Of a stretch of 32,000 nt of DNA, positions 9,818 through 18,935 are shown piece by piece; position 1 is the first letter of the stretch, and each line of letters starts with the position of its first letter. Source of the DNA: Bacillus subtilis subsp. subtilis str. 168. Lineage in GTDB: Bacteria; Bacillota; Bacilli; Bacillales; Bacillaceae. The translations under genes were made by a program, and so were the position numbers. The notes beneath the pieces were generated by a model. That model saw nothing but the letters and a program-made list of their open reading frames with translations. It had not been told where the DNA came from and made no database searches. The stretch covers positions 3,840,001 to 3,872,000 of the forward strand of contig NC_000964.3 in assembly GCF_000009045.1 (NCBI RefSeq), given 5' to 3'.

Positions 9818-11893
9818 GTGGATGCAATGACAAATAAACGGCTGAGACTGACGCTGAAAACCGTTCGCGCCTTTATCTTTTTAGGGGCTTTTGCGGCCTT
9901 GGCGGCAGCTGCTGTGTTTATGACTGTCATTTTGATAGCCAAATACCAGGGCGCTCCCTCGGTGCAAGTGCCGCAATCCACGATTTTGTACGCGAGTGAC
10001 GGCTCAAAGCTCGGGGAAACGAACTACGGCGAAAAGCGCTATTGGGTCCCCTTAAAGGACATGAATCCGACGATCGTAAAAGCGACAGTGGCGATTGAAG
10101 ACCAGAATTTCTACGATCATCACGGCTTTGATTATAAACGCATGGCCGGCGCGGCGCTTGCTGACCTGAAAGCATTTGCCAAGGTTCAGGGTGCAAGCAC
10201 CATCACCCAGCAATATGCGAGAAACTTATACCTTGAACACGACAAAACGTGGAAACGGAAATGGAATGAGGCGTTCTACACGATCCGTCTGGAACAAAAC
10301 TATTCTAAGGACGAGATATTAGAAGGCTATTTAAATACGATTTACTACGGCCACGGCGCCTACGGCATTGAAGCAGCTTCCCGCCTGTATTTCGGCAAGC
10401 ATGCCAAAAACCTGACGGATGCGGAGGCGGCGCTTTTGGCAGGAATCCCGAAAGGCCCTTCCGGCTATTCACCGTATGTCAATGAGACGAAGGCCAAGGA
10501 ACGCCAGAAAACGATTGTGCGGATGATGGAAAAGCAGCAGATGATCAGCCAAAAGAAAGCGGATGAATTGATCAAGGAACCTCTTTCCTATCAGCCTTTG
10601 AATAAACAAGTTTCCAAGAGAAAGGCTCCTTATTTCTACGACAATGCGATGAGAGAGCTGGAAAAAAAGCTCGGCATGACACGGGAGCAAATTGAAACGA
10701 GCGGGTTAAACGTCTATACAACGGTAGATAAACGGATGCAGCGCATCGCCGAGGAGACCATTACCGAAACGGTTAACGCGGGCTCTGACATTCAAGTCGG
10801 GTTTTCAGCCATTGATCCCCGCACCGGAAACGTTCTCGCCCTTGTCGGCGGCAGGGATTATCAAAAAAGCCCGTTTGACCGGACGACACAGGCGAAGCGC
10901 CAGCCTGCTTCGACGATCAAGCCGTTGCTGTACTATAAAGCGATTCAGAGCGGATTTACGCCAGTCACTTTGATGAAAAGCGAAGAAACCGAGTTTCAAA
11001 TTGATGCAAAGGGAGAAACCTATTCTCCAAGCAACTATAACGGATACTATGCCAACAAGCCGATTACGCTTCTGCAGGCGCTGGCGCTTTCCGACAATAT
11101 TTACGCTGTGAAAACGCATCTTTTTCTCGGCACGAACAAACTTGTAAAGACGGCAAAGGAATTCGGCATTACCGCCCATCTTCAAGCACTGCCGTCCCTG
11201 GCACTCGGCACCGAACCCGTACGTCCGATTGAGATGGTCAACGCCTATGCCATGCTCGCAAATGGCGGAAAGAAAATCGAACCGACTTTTATTTCAAGAG
11301 TAACGGACGCAGCCGGCCACGTGCTGTACGAAAACCCGAATCAGCATAAACAGGTGCTTGATGAAAAAGCCGCTTTTGTCACAGCGAGTATGATGACAGG
11401 CATGTTTGATATCGATTTAAATGGATATACGTCGGTTACGGGGCGAACGATAGCCAACCGCCTGACAAGAACGTATGCCGGAAAATCAGGAACCACCAGC
11501 GCAGACAGCTGGATGATCGGCTTCAATCCGAAGCTGGCCGCCGGTGTTTGGACCGGCTATGACAAAAACAGCACCATCGACTCGGTCGAAGAAAAAAGCT
11601 ATGCTAAAACCATTTGGGCGGACTTCATGGAGGACGCGCTCAAAGGCGAACCGGAAACCGCGTTCAAGCCGCCAAAAGGCGTAACCGGTGTGTACATTGA
11701 TCCGGAAACAGGCTACTCATCAGGTCCCGGCTGCGCCGCTAAGCATTACACATATTTTGTGAAAGGGACAGAACCCGCAAACGTGTGCTACGGGGCAGAA
11801 CCCGCAAAACAAACAAAAGACCGGCTTCCATCCAAAGAAAAGCCCGCTTCCGAGAAAAAGTGGTGGGACAAATGGCTGGGGCGACATCATTGA
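9818..11893 (+). CDS. pbpG: Class A penicillin-binding protein (transglycosylase/transpeptidase)
   Basis: 691 aa; N-terminal TM segment, EDQNFYDHHGFD glycosyltransferase motif, and STIKP and SGTT transpeptidase motifs. GTG start. Confidence 0.93.
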   Translation: MDAMTNKRLRLTLKTVRAFIFLGAFAALAAAAVFMTVILIAKYQGAPSVQVPQSTILYASDGSKLGETNYGEKRYWVPLKDMNPTIVKATVAIEDQNFYDHHGFDYKRMAGAALADLKAFAKVQGASTITQQYARNLYLEHDKTWKRKWNEAFYTIRLEQNYSKDEILEGYLNTIYYGHGAYGIEAASRLYFGKHAKNLTDAEAALLAGIPKGPSGYSPYVNETKAKERQKTIVRMMEKQQMISQKKADELIKEPLSYQPLNKQVSKRKAPYFYDNAMRELEKKLGMTREQIETSGLNVYTTVDKRMQRIAEETITETVNAGSDIQVGFSAIDPRTGNVLALVGGRDYQKSPFDRTTQAKRQPASTIKPLLYYKAIQSGFTPVTLMKSEETEFQIDAKGETYSPSNYNGYYANKPITLLQALALSDNIYAVKTHLFLGTNKLVKTAKEFGITAHLQALPSLALGTEPVRPIEMVNAYAMLANGGKKIEPTFISRVTDAAGHVLYENPNQHKQVLDEKAAFVTASMMTGMFDIDLNGYTSVTGRTIANRLTRTYAGKSGTTSADSWMIGFNPKLAAGVWTGYDKNSTIDSVEEKSYAKTIWADFMEDALKGEPETAFKPPKGVTGVYIDPETGYSSGPGCAAKHYTYFVKGTEPANVCYGAEPAKQTKDRLPSKEKPASEKKWWDKWLGRHH

Positions 11894-11894
11894 A

Positions 11895-11925
11895 AATAAC
11901 CCGGCTCCTCGGAGGCCGGGTTATT
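11895..11925 (+). terminator. Stem-loop after pbpG (probable terminator, weak T-tract)
   Basis: AATAACCCGGC...GGCCGGGTTATT hairpin starting 1 nt after the stop codon. Confidence 0.6.
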
Positions 11926-12066
11926 CGTATGGTTCCTTCATAATCGATGGAAGAATGTTAGACAATCGAGCTGAACAATCAGTTTTGGGATAAAGTGGTG
12001 AATTTCTCATTTCTTCGGCGCTGGCTTTCATCTCCCAGTCGCCGACTCATATCCCCCTAAAAATGA

Positions 12067-12100
12067 AAAACCCCGAGTCTTGTTTCGGCTCGGGATTTTC
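12067..12100. terminator. Terminator-like hairpin between pbpG and ywhD
   Basis: AAAACCCCGAGTC...GGCTCGGGATTTT. Read on the minus strand, the stem is followed by a T-rich tract, downstream of ywhD. Confidence 0.7.
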
Positions 12101-12185
12101 CATGTCCTATTTCTGTATCACCAGTTTACTCAATGTTTACGAAAAATATCTCAAATACTTTAAAAGTTCACAAAAAATTCATAAA

Positions 12186-12704
12186 TTAATTGTTTTCTGG
12201 AAGCAGGCTCGTTTTTAACTCATCTGAGGAACGGTCCCATAGGCCCTGATCATGCTTTTTCAGAAATTCGCCTAGTACACGCTTCGAGCTGTCGTCCATT
12301 TTATCAACGATGATTTTCCGTTTCATGGATTTATCCATCAGATTCACATGCTCAGGCAGTGACTTGTAGCCTCTTCTGATGCTTCTGTCGACCGTCATTT
12401 CACAGGCTGTCACACCAGCGTAATAAGGCCCCTCTTCTTTTCTGTCAATCGTTACCCACACAAGCCAGTATGGTTTTCCGTTCGGCACTTCTTCTTTATT
12501 CGGGAGAAATTTAATTCCTTTTTCAACGGTGCTGCGGGCATGCATAGCGCCGATGTCTACGAACGCTTCTTTTTCCTCTACATCAACGAATACGGGAGAA
12601 ATGTTATCAAGGCTGAGTGCCCCTACGCCAAAACCGCCGTGTCCGTCTGTCGGATCACTTTTGATAATATTAAACCCGATTGATTTTTTCTTTTTTTCTT
12701 CCAT
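12186..12704 (-). CDS. ywhD: YwhD family protein, unknown function
   Basis: 172 aa; conserved position between pbpG and ywhC. Confidence 0.85.
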   Translation of the reverse strand: MEEKKKKSIGFNIIKSDPTDGHGGFGVGALSLDNISPVFVDVEEKEAFVDIGAMHARSTVEKGIKFLPNKEEVPNGKPYWLVWVTIDRKEEGPYYAGVTACEMTVDRSIRRGYKSLPEHVNLMDKSMKRKIIVDKMDDSSKRVLGEFLKKHDQGLWDRSSDELKTSLLPENN

Positions 12705-12717
12705 GAAGTTCTACCTC

Positions 12718-13377
12718 CTACAAAAGCGGTTGAAATATCGCTGAAAACAGCTTTAAAATCGAATCTCTTCCTGCATTGAGCATCGGCCACAGCACGTAAG
12801 ATCCTAGCGGTGTCACAAACAGCACCAAAAATACGATAAAGCCGTAGCTCTCCGCCTGCGTCATTTTGGCACGCACGCCCGGCGGAACGAGATCTTCTAT
12901 AATTCGATAGCCATCGAGCGGAGGAAGCGGCAGCAGATTAAATAAAAACAAGACAAGATTCAGCTGTATCCAAATAGAAAAAAACTGATCCAGCCCCGTG
13001 CTGAACGCCGCAAGCATTTCCATTCCGTACGCATGCATCAACACTAACAAAAAGAAACCAATAAACGCAAGAATCAGGTTACTGACGGGCCCGGCTATAG
13101 ATACGAGCACACCAGCAAGCCGGGGTTTCTTAAAGAAACGGCGATTCACGGGAATGGGGCGCGCCCACCCGAATCCGGCCACCAGAATCAAAATGGTTCC
13201 GAACGGATCAAGGTGTTTAATGGGATTCAGCGTCAGTCTTCCTTGTTTTTTCGCCGTATCGTCACCGAATTTGTATGCGACATAAGCGTGGGCAAGCTCG
13301 TGCATCGTAAACGACACAATTAGCGTGATGACGAGGTATGGCATTAAAGATAACGGATAATATAAAAAACGGTCCAA
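12718..13377 (-). CDS. ywhC: Site-2-protease-like (M50) membrane metallopeptidase
   Basis: 219 aa; HELAH motif and LFNLLPLPPLDG motif in a polytopic membrane protein. Confidence 0.9.
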   Translation of the reverse strand: MDRFLYYPLSLMPYLVITLIVSFTMHELAHAYVAYKFGDDTAKKQGRLTLNPIKHLDPFGTILILVAGFGWARPIPVNRRFFKKPRLAGVLVSIAGPVSNLILAFIGFFLLVLMHAYGMEMLAAFSTGLDQFFSIWIQLNLVLFLFNLLPLPPLDGYRIIEDLVPPGVRAKMTQAESYGFIVFLVLFVTPLGSYVLWPMLNAGRDSILKLFSAIFQPLL

Positions 13378-13485
13378 GTGAGATATCCCTCTTTCTCAAA
13401 ATGCAAGAATTTACTTTATTCAGTATACTATAAGAAGCCTCTTTTTCTAAAGAGAGGAAACGAGATAAAGGAGGATTCAGCACCC

Positions 13486-13674
13486 ATGCCATACGTAACT
13501 GTCAAAATGCTCGAAGGCCGTACAGACGAGCAAAAACGCAATCTTGTCGAGAAAGTAACAGAAGCCGTAAAGGAAACAACCGGTGCTTCTGAAGAAAAAA
13601 TTGTTGTCTTTATAGAAGAAATGAGAAAAGACCATTATGCCGTCGCAGGCAAACGCCTGAGCGATATGGAATAA
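13486..13674 (+). CDS. ywhB: 4-oxalocrotonate tautomerase family protein
   Basis: Starting at the ATG at 13486, after AAAGGAGG, gives 62 aa MPYVTVKMLEGRTDEQ... with the Pro-2 catalytic N-terminus. The listed upstream start at 13378 is not supported. Confidence 0.92.
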   Translation: MPYVTVKMLEGRTDEQKRNLVEKVTEAVKETTGASEEKIVVFIEEMRKDHYAVAGKRLSDME

Positions 13675-13681
13675 TCTCTAT

Positions 13682-13710
13682 AAAGCCGGCGCTTCGCGCA
13701 CCGGCTTTTA
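13682..13710. terminator. Bidirectional terminator between ywhB and ywhA
   Basis: AAAGCCGG-CGCTTCGCGCA-CCGGCTTT between convergent genes. Confidence 0.8.
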
Positions 13711-13716
13711 TTATCC

Positions 13717-14166
13717 CTATTGAGCCAGCTTCGCAATAATCGCCAAGAACGTCTTTTTCTCTTCGGCTGTTAAACGTTCAAACATGCCATCAATCAGCTG
13801 CTGGCGGTTTTCGATCATTTGTTCAGCCGCTCCCCGGCCCGATTCAGAAAGAGTAATCCATACAGTGCGGCGGTCATTGTTATTTCTGGATCTCTCAATA
13901 AACCCTTCCTGCTCTAAATGATTCAGAGCTGTGGTCGTGGCAGAGGGAGACAGTGTGACCTCCTTCAAAATATCCTTTATGGTGCAGCTCCCATGTCTGT
14001 ATATGATCCGCAGAATAAACCCTCTTACATTATTCACGTGTTTCGGAACGGTGGCTTCATCTAATTGCTTCGTGCTTTTCAAATACTTTGTAAGTGCGTG
14101 ATCCAGCAAATTTGCTTCCAGTTTGTCATGGTCCATGTCAATTTCCCCATTTCGAGATGCATTCAT
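13717..14166 (-). CDS. ywhA: MarR-family transcriptional regulator
   Basis: 149 aa or slightly shorter depending on start; winged-HTH region LSPSATTTALNHLEQEGFIERSRNNNDRRTVWITLSESG. Confidence 0.88.
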   Translation of the reverse strand: MNASRNGEIDMDHDKLEANLLDHALTKYLKSTKQLDEATVPKHVNNVRGFILRIIYRHGSCTIKDILKEVTLSPSATTTALNHLEQEGFIERSRNNNDRRTVWITLSESGRGAAEQMIENRQQLIDGMFERLTAEEKKTFLAIIAKLAQ

Positions 14167-14255
14167 AACATACGAACGATATGATTTACTTATTATTTTA
14201 CTGATTCCGAATAGGGAAAGTCAAAAAAGCAAAATGTGAATTCACAGCTTTTATC

Positions 14256-16172
14256 CTACATGCCTCGATTTTCCACCTGTTTCACAAGTTTATCTTTAAA
14301 AGTTTGGAAAGGAACGTGTTCATTCTGCTGATGTCCGAATCGGCGGACGTTTACCGCATTCTCCTGCTCCTCATGATCTCCAAGCACCAGCACGTACGGA
14401 ATTTTTTGCACCTGCGATTCTCTGATTTTATAGCCGAGCTTCTCATTGCGCTCATCAATGCCGGCTCTTATCCCCGCCTGCTTCAGCTCCGCCTGCACTT
14501 TTCTGCAATAGTCTAAGTGAACGTGCGAAACCGGTATGATTTGAACCTGGATCGGTGCGAGCCAGACTGGAAAAGCCCCACCGTAATGCTCGATCAAAAT
14601 GCCGAAGAAACGGTCGATTGAGCCGAAAACCGCTCTGTGGATGACAACGGGACGAACCTTCTCATTGAGTTCGTTGATATATGTTAAATCAAATTTTTCC
14701 GGCATTTGAAAATCAAGCTGAATTGTCGCGCATTGGTGGCTCCGTTTCAGGGCATCTTTTATATGGAAATCAATTTTCGGCCCGTAAAACGCCCCATCGC
14801 CTTCATTGATCTCATAAGAGAGGCCAAGCTCCTCAAGGACGCGTGCTAAGGCACGTTCCGACGCTTCCCAAAGGCTGTCATCGCCTAATGAATCCTCCGG
14901 GCGAGTCGAAAGCTCAACAGAATACTCGAAACCAAATGTCCGATATACCTCATCAATCAGCCGAATCGCTTCTTTGATCTCACTCTCAATCTGATCCTCC
15001 CGAACGAAAATATGGGCGTCATCCTGACAGAACGTCCGAACGCGAAGCATTCCGTTTAAAGCGCCGCTGTATTCATGGCGGTGCACCTGTCCGAATTCCG
15101 CCATGCGAATCGGCAGATCCCGATAAGAATACAGGCTGTTTTTAAAGATGAGCATGTGGCCGGGGCAATTCATCGGCTTCATTGCGAATCTTGTATCATC
15201 CACTTCTGAAAAGTACATATTGTCGCGATAATGGTCCCAATGGCCTGACTGCTCCCATAACCGCTGATTCATCATAAACGGCGTACGCACCTCATCGTAG
15301 CCGGCATTTGTTTGCAGCTCACGCGAGAAGCGCTCCAGCTCATTGCGGACAATCTGCCCTTTCGGCAAATAAAACGGCATCCCCGGCGCTTCTTCAGAAA
15401 ACATAAACAGCCCTAACTGTTTGCCGAGCTTGCGATGGTCTCGTTTTGCCGCTTCTTCTAGCATATGCAGGTGCGCATCCAAATCTTTTTTCTTTTGAAA
15501 CGCAACCCCGTACACCCGCTGCAGGACTTCATTTTTGCTGTCTCCGCGCCAATAAGCGCCTGATACTCTTGTCAGTTTGAACGCCTTGATCATCCCTGTA
15601 GAAGGAAGATGCGGCCCTCGGCACAGGTCAACGAATTCCCCTTGCTGGTACAGTGTGATATCCTCCCCGCGCGGAATATCCTTTAAAATCTCAAGCTTGA
15701 GCCGCTCGTCTTTTTGTGCAAACAGCTCTTCAGCTTCTTCGTAAGAAACCTCTATACGTTTGATTTCAAGGTTCTCATTTATTATGTTTTTCATTTCTTT
15801 TTCGATGGCCTCTAAGTCTCCTGATGCCAAGCTTTTCCCCAGCTTCATGTCATAGTAGAAGCCGTCTAAAATCACAGGCCCTACCCCCAATGACACTTCG
15901 CCGTACAGCCGTTTTACTGCTTGGGCCAGCACGTGCGCTGTTGTGTGGCGAAGCACCTGCAAGCCTTCTTGTGAATCGAGTGTGACAATCGAAAGCTCAG
16001 CATCCTCCTCCAGCTTGAAACTGAGATCAACAAGCTTGCCGTTGACCTGACCTGCGGCCGCCTTCTTTTGCAGACTGGAACTGATCGAACCAGCCGCTTC
16101 TTTGATTGTGATGCCTTTCGGATATTCCTGGATCTGTCCGTCCGGAAGCTGAATGTGTACATGTTTGCTCAT
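14256..16172 (-). CDS. thrZ: Threonyl-tRNA synthetase, secondary isozyme
   Basis: Class II aaRS with an N-terminal TGS domain and HxxxH editing-domain region. Start placed at MSKHVHIQ (16172), after AAGGAG, giving 638 aa; three T-boxes upstream. Confidence 0.95.
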   Translation of the reverse strand: MSKHVHIQLPDGQIQEYPKGITIKEAAGSISSSLQKKAAAGQVNGKLVDLSFKLEEDAELSIVTLDSQEGLQVLRHTTAHVLAQAVKRLYGEVSLGVGPVILDGFYYDMKLGKSLASGDLEAIEKEMKNIINENLEIKRIEVSYEEAEELFAQKDERLKLEILKDIPRGEDITLYQQGEFVDLCRGPHLPSTGMIKAFKLTRVSGAYWRGDSKNEVLQRVYGVAFQKKKDLDAHLHMLEEAAKRDHRKLGKQLGLFMFSEEAPGMPFYLPKGQIVRNELERFSRELQTNAGYDEVRTPFMMNQRLWEQSGHWDHYRDNMYFSEVDDTRFAMKPMNCPGHMLIFKNSLYSYRDLPIRMAEFGQVHRHEYSGALNGMLRVRTFCQDDAHIFVREDQIESEIKEAIRLIDEVYRTFGFEYSVELSTRPEDSLGDDSLWEASERALARVLEELGLSYEINEGDGAFYGPKIDFHIKDALKRSHQCATIQLDFQMPEKFDLTYINELNEKVRPVVIHRAVFGSIDRFFGILIEHYGGAFPVWLAPIQVQIIPVSHVHLDYCRKVQAELKQAGIRAGIDERNEKLGYKIRESQVQKIPYVLVLGDHEEQENAVNVRRFGHQQNEHVPFQTFKDKLVKQVENRGM

Positions 16173-16203
16173 TTTAGAACACTCCTTATTCATTGTTGTA
16201 TAT

Positions 16204-16440
16204 AAAAAAACACACCCGTCCCGCAGATAGGGACGAGTGTGTGATTAACCCGTGGTTCCACCCAAGTTCCCGACAAATACTATGTTGTCGGCTCGGTGCT
16301 GTAACGCAGCATAGACGGCATTGGTTACTTCAGTTCCCCAATGCTGCTCCAAGGCGGTAAATGATATTCCTAAGCTGGGAAGCTCTCACCTTTCCTTCCC
16401 TCTCTGAAAACCGTAACTATCATTCATGTCCTTTTCATCG
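16204..16440 (-). promoter_or_regulatory. T-box riboswitch leader 1 (thrZ-proximal)
   Basis: GGGTGGAACC T-box core (complement of 16254-16263), then a terminator stem and oligo-T (complement of AAAAAAACACACCCGTCCC...GGGACGAGTGTGTG). Confidence 0.9.
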
Positions 16441-16716
16441 CATGTATTCAATTCATAAAAAAACACACCCGTCCCACAGATAGGGACGAGTGTGTGATTA
16501 ACCCGTGGTTCCACCCAAGTTCCCGACAAATACTATGTTGTCGGCTCGGTGCTGTAACGCAGCATAGACGGCATTGGTTACTTCAGTTCCCCAATGCTGC
16601 TCCAAGGCGGTAAATGATATTCCTAAGCTGGGAAGCTCTCACCTTTCCTTCCCTCTCTGAAAACCGTAACTATCATTCATGTCCTTTTCTTCGCATGTAT
16701 TCAATTCAAATAAAAA
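16211..16716. repeat. Two near-identical direct tandem copies of about 253 bp (T-box leaders 1 and 2)
   Basis: CACACCCGTCCC at 16211 and 16464; CATGTATTCAATTCA at 16441 and 16694. Only a few differences seen. Confidence 0.92.
16457..16693 (-). promoter_or_regulatory. T-box riboswitch leader 2 (middle)
   Basis: T-box core complement at 16507-16516. Nearly identical to leader 1 at a 253-bp offset. Confidence 0.9.
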
Positions 16717-16950
16717 AACACACCCATCCCTCTAAAAGGGACGAATGTGTTGATCATCCGTGGTTCCACCCAAATTCCCGATCAATTACACATGATGATC
16801 GGCTTAAAGATGCTGTAACGCAGCATGACGGTATCAGATACTTGTTTTCCCTGATACGGCTCAAAGGCGGTAAGCTGCTTTCCCTGCGTTAGGAAGATCT
16901 CAGCTGTCCTTCCCTCTCTGGAAACCGTAAAAAGCATCTCGTGTCCTTAT
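16712..16950 (-). promoter_or_regulatory. T-box riboswitch leader 3 (promoter-proximal, divergent copy)
   Basis: T-box core complement at 16762-16771, its own terminator stem (ACACATTCGTCCC...GGGATGGGTGTGT), and stem I region GAGAGGGAAGG. Confidence 0.88.
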
Positions 16951-17016
16951 CAGTGCCTGTTGTTTCAATAATTTTTTATATCTTACTATATATTCCCACA
17001 AAGCGCAATCAGTGAT

Positions 17017-18417
17017 TTACATTTTTTCTGACGCGGCAGTCCCGTTATGGGCAGCCAGAAACAGCCATACAAGCAATGCAGCGAGGCTGTATGCCGCTCC
17101 CATCATCAAAAACGCAAACCCGGCACCAGCATACCAAGTGGCGGACAGATGAATGATCACCCCGGTTATCGCTACGCCGACCAAGGCTCCGATTTGCCGG
17201 TTTGCATTTAACGCCGCACCGGCGATATTCGTATGTCTTTGCCCGGCAGCCTGCATGATCACAGTTGTCATGGCAGGAACTGTAATACCGGTACAGAGGT
17301 TCATAACAGACATCAACACCGCCAGCTGCCAATAAGGAAAATCCGGAGAAATCAGCACAAACAACAGCAATGCAATGATACAGCTGACCGCCATTGATAC
17401 AAACATAAGCTGACCGGCTTCAAACCGATTCGCCAGACGGGCAAACAGCAGATTGCCGATCACGAAGACCGCCATCATCGGCAGCAGCTCCACTCCAGCC
17501 ATAAAGGAACTTGCCCCTCCTGCTTCCTGCAAAAAAAGGCTGAGCATAAACATGCCGCCAAAAAGGGCGAAATTCAGCAAAAACCCGATAAATTGGGCAG
17601 CTGAGAAGCGGCCGTTTTTGTATAAGGACGCCGGCAGGATGGGTGTTTTTGCAGAAATTTCCCGCAGCAAAAACAGCACAAATGCCAAAACCGCTGCAGT
17701 AAATGCTACAAGAATCACTGGCGAGCGCCAGCCCGCTGAAGGCCCCTGTATCAAAGCATAGGAAAGAAACCCGAGAGCCATCATGCCAAGCAGATGCCCG
17801 ATGATGTTCACGCGGCTGCTTTTCCCAGGAACGCGGCTGAGGATTCGGTAAGCTGAAATGAGCGCAGCAGCCCCTATTGGCACATTGATCAGAAAAATAC
17901 TCTGCCAGCCCGCCAACTGTACCAGCACGCCCCCGATAAAAGGCCCAAGGGCTGAAGCGGCGGAAACAAGCGCGGCCCACAGTCCAAACATTCTCGCCCG
18001 CGCCCGCTCATCAAGGTAAGAGGCAGCCAAAAGGCTGAGTGAGCTTGGCATAAACAAAGCTGCCCCAATTCCCTGTATGAGACGTCCGGCAATCAGCATC
18101 TGCCCATTTATAGATGCAGCGCATAGACAGGAGGCCATAACAAAAACGGCTAGACCCAAGATATAGATCGTCTTCGAGCCGAAACGGTCAGCCAAGGCTC
18201 CGCCCGCCAGCAGAAGCGACGCAAAAGTAAGAATGTACCCGTCCACAACCCACGTTACACCTGAAAGTGACATTGAAAGAGTGTTTTTCATATCAGCCAT
18301 CGCCACATTCACAACGGTCACATCAAGAGTTGCCATGAGGAAACCAAGTGCGAGCACGATCAGCACGGATATGCCTGTTGATGATGTTGATTCTTGTATA
18401 GACCCGCTATTTTTCAT
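17017..18417 (-). CDS. mmr: MFS (DHA2, 14-TM type) multidrug efflux transporter, methylenomycin A resistance-like
   Basis: Start at MKNSGSIQ (18417) gives 466 aa. Motifs ATLDVTVVNVAM and LADRFGSK. Start overlaps the ywgB stop in TAATG. Confidence 0.88.
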   Translation of the reverse strand: MKNSGSIQESTSSTGISVLIVLALGFLMATLDVTVVNVAMADMKNTLSMSLSGVTWVVDGYILTFASLLLAGGALADRFGSKTIYILGLAVFVMASCLCAASINGQMLIAGRLIQGIGAALFMPSSLSLLAASYLDERARARMFGLWAALVSAASALGPFIGGVLVQLAGWQSIFLINVPIGAAALISAYRILSRVPGKSSRVNIIGHLLGMMALGFLSYALIQGPSAGWRSPVILVAFTAAVLAFVLFLLREISAKTPILPASLYKNGRFSAAQFIGFLLNFALFGGMFMLSLFLQEAGGASSFMAGVELLPMMAVFVIGNLLFARLANRFEAGQLMFVSMAVSCIIALLLFVLISPDFPYWQLAVLMSVMNLCTGITVPAMTTVIMQAAGQRHTNIAGAALNANRQIGALVGVAITGVIIHLSATWYAGAGFAFLMMGAAYSLAALLVWLFLAAHNGTAASEKM

Positions 18418-18887
18418 TACAATTGCCCTTTCACTTGCTTGATTACCCAATCATCTATTTTTTCAAGATCATACAATTCCCCGACTCTGTCCATAACATG
18501 CTGCAAGGATTCTTCTCTCATAAGATTGGACCATTTATCCTCGATTTCCGCCATGACTGTCTCCAGCACACAGTGACTTTCACCCTCAAATACAGATTGC
18601 AGCAAGCCTTTCCCCTGATACATCGAACCTCTGCCTTCGACCGCTTGATAAACATCATAAAGCGTAATGTCAGCCAAAGGCTTCGTCAGGGTAAAACCGC
18701 CCTTCGTCCCTGGTAAGGATTCTGCCAAACCGGCTTGAACCAATGTTCTCATCAGCTTCTTCAAGTAAGACGGAGACACGCGCAATCGCTGGCTTATAGC
18801 CTCTGACGTCAAAGAAGCCTGTACCGGCAGCCGTGACAGTAACAGCAGCACAGAAACCGCCTGCTCCATTCCTGATTTCATTTTCAT
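18417..18887 (-). CDS. ywgB: Rrf2-family transcriptional regulator
   Basis: N-terminal HTH (SEAISQRLRVSPSYLKKLMRTLVQAGLAES) and GGFTLTKPLADITLYDVYQAVEG. AGGAG is 8 nt upstream of the ATG at 18887; the listed start at 18896 is too close to the RBS. Confidence 0.85.
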   Translation of the reverse strand: MKMKSGMEQAVSVLLLLSRLPVQASLTSEAISQRLRVSPSYLKKLMRTLVQAGLAESLPGTKGGFTLTKPLADITLYDVYQAVEGRGSMYQGKGLLQSVFEGESHCVLETVMAEIEDKWSNLMREESLQHVMDRVGELYDLEKIDDWVIKQVKGQL

Positions 18888-18900
18888 CCTATTCACTCCT

Positions 18901-18935
18901 GATTCATTATGGATAACTATTATCCATAATGAATC
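18901..18935. promoter_or_regulatory. Perfect palindrome, candidate operator for ywgB-mmr
   Basis: GATTCATTATGGATAA-CTA-TTATCCATAATGAATC, with 16-bp perfect arms and a 3-nt centre, directly abutting the ywgB Shine-Dalgarno. Confidence 0.85.

Noticed and set aside
10805-11185. 126-aa antisense ORF within pbpG
   Set aside because: Overlaps conserved transpeptidase coding sequence and shows no family features.
13378-13485. Extended N-terminus of the ywhB ORF (98 aa)
   Set aside because: Tautomerases need Pro at position 2 after Met removal. The ATG at 13486 has an ideal AAAGGAGG, so the upstream extension is non-coding.
14167-14230. Possible MarR operator upstream of ywhA (CATACGAACGATATG)
   Set aside because: The dyad is short and imperfect and no promoter elements could be aligned with it.
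16614-16892. 92-aa ORF in the supplied track
   Set aside because: It lies across T-box leaders on the opposite strand, has no RBS, and its content follows the RNA structure.
16211-16950. Array of about 250-bp repeats that could look like a mobile or CRISPR-like repeat
   Set aside because: Each unit is a canonical T-box leader with GGGTGGAACC core and terminator, upstream of a threonyl-tRNA synthetase. Unit size and lack of spacers exclude CRISPR.
17420-17980. 186-aa minus-strand ORF within mmr
   Set aside because: Out-of-frame overlap with the MFS transporter; the sequence is a frameshifted reading of it, not a recognisable protein.
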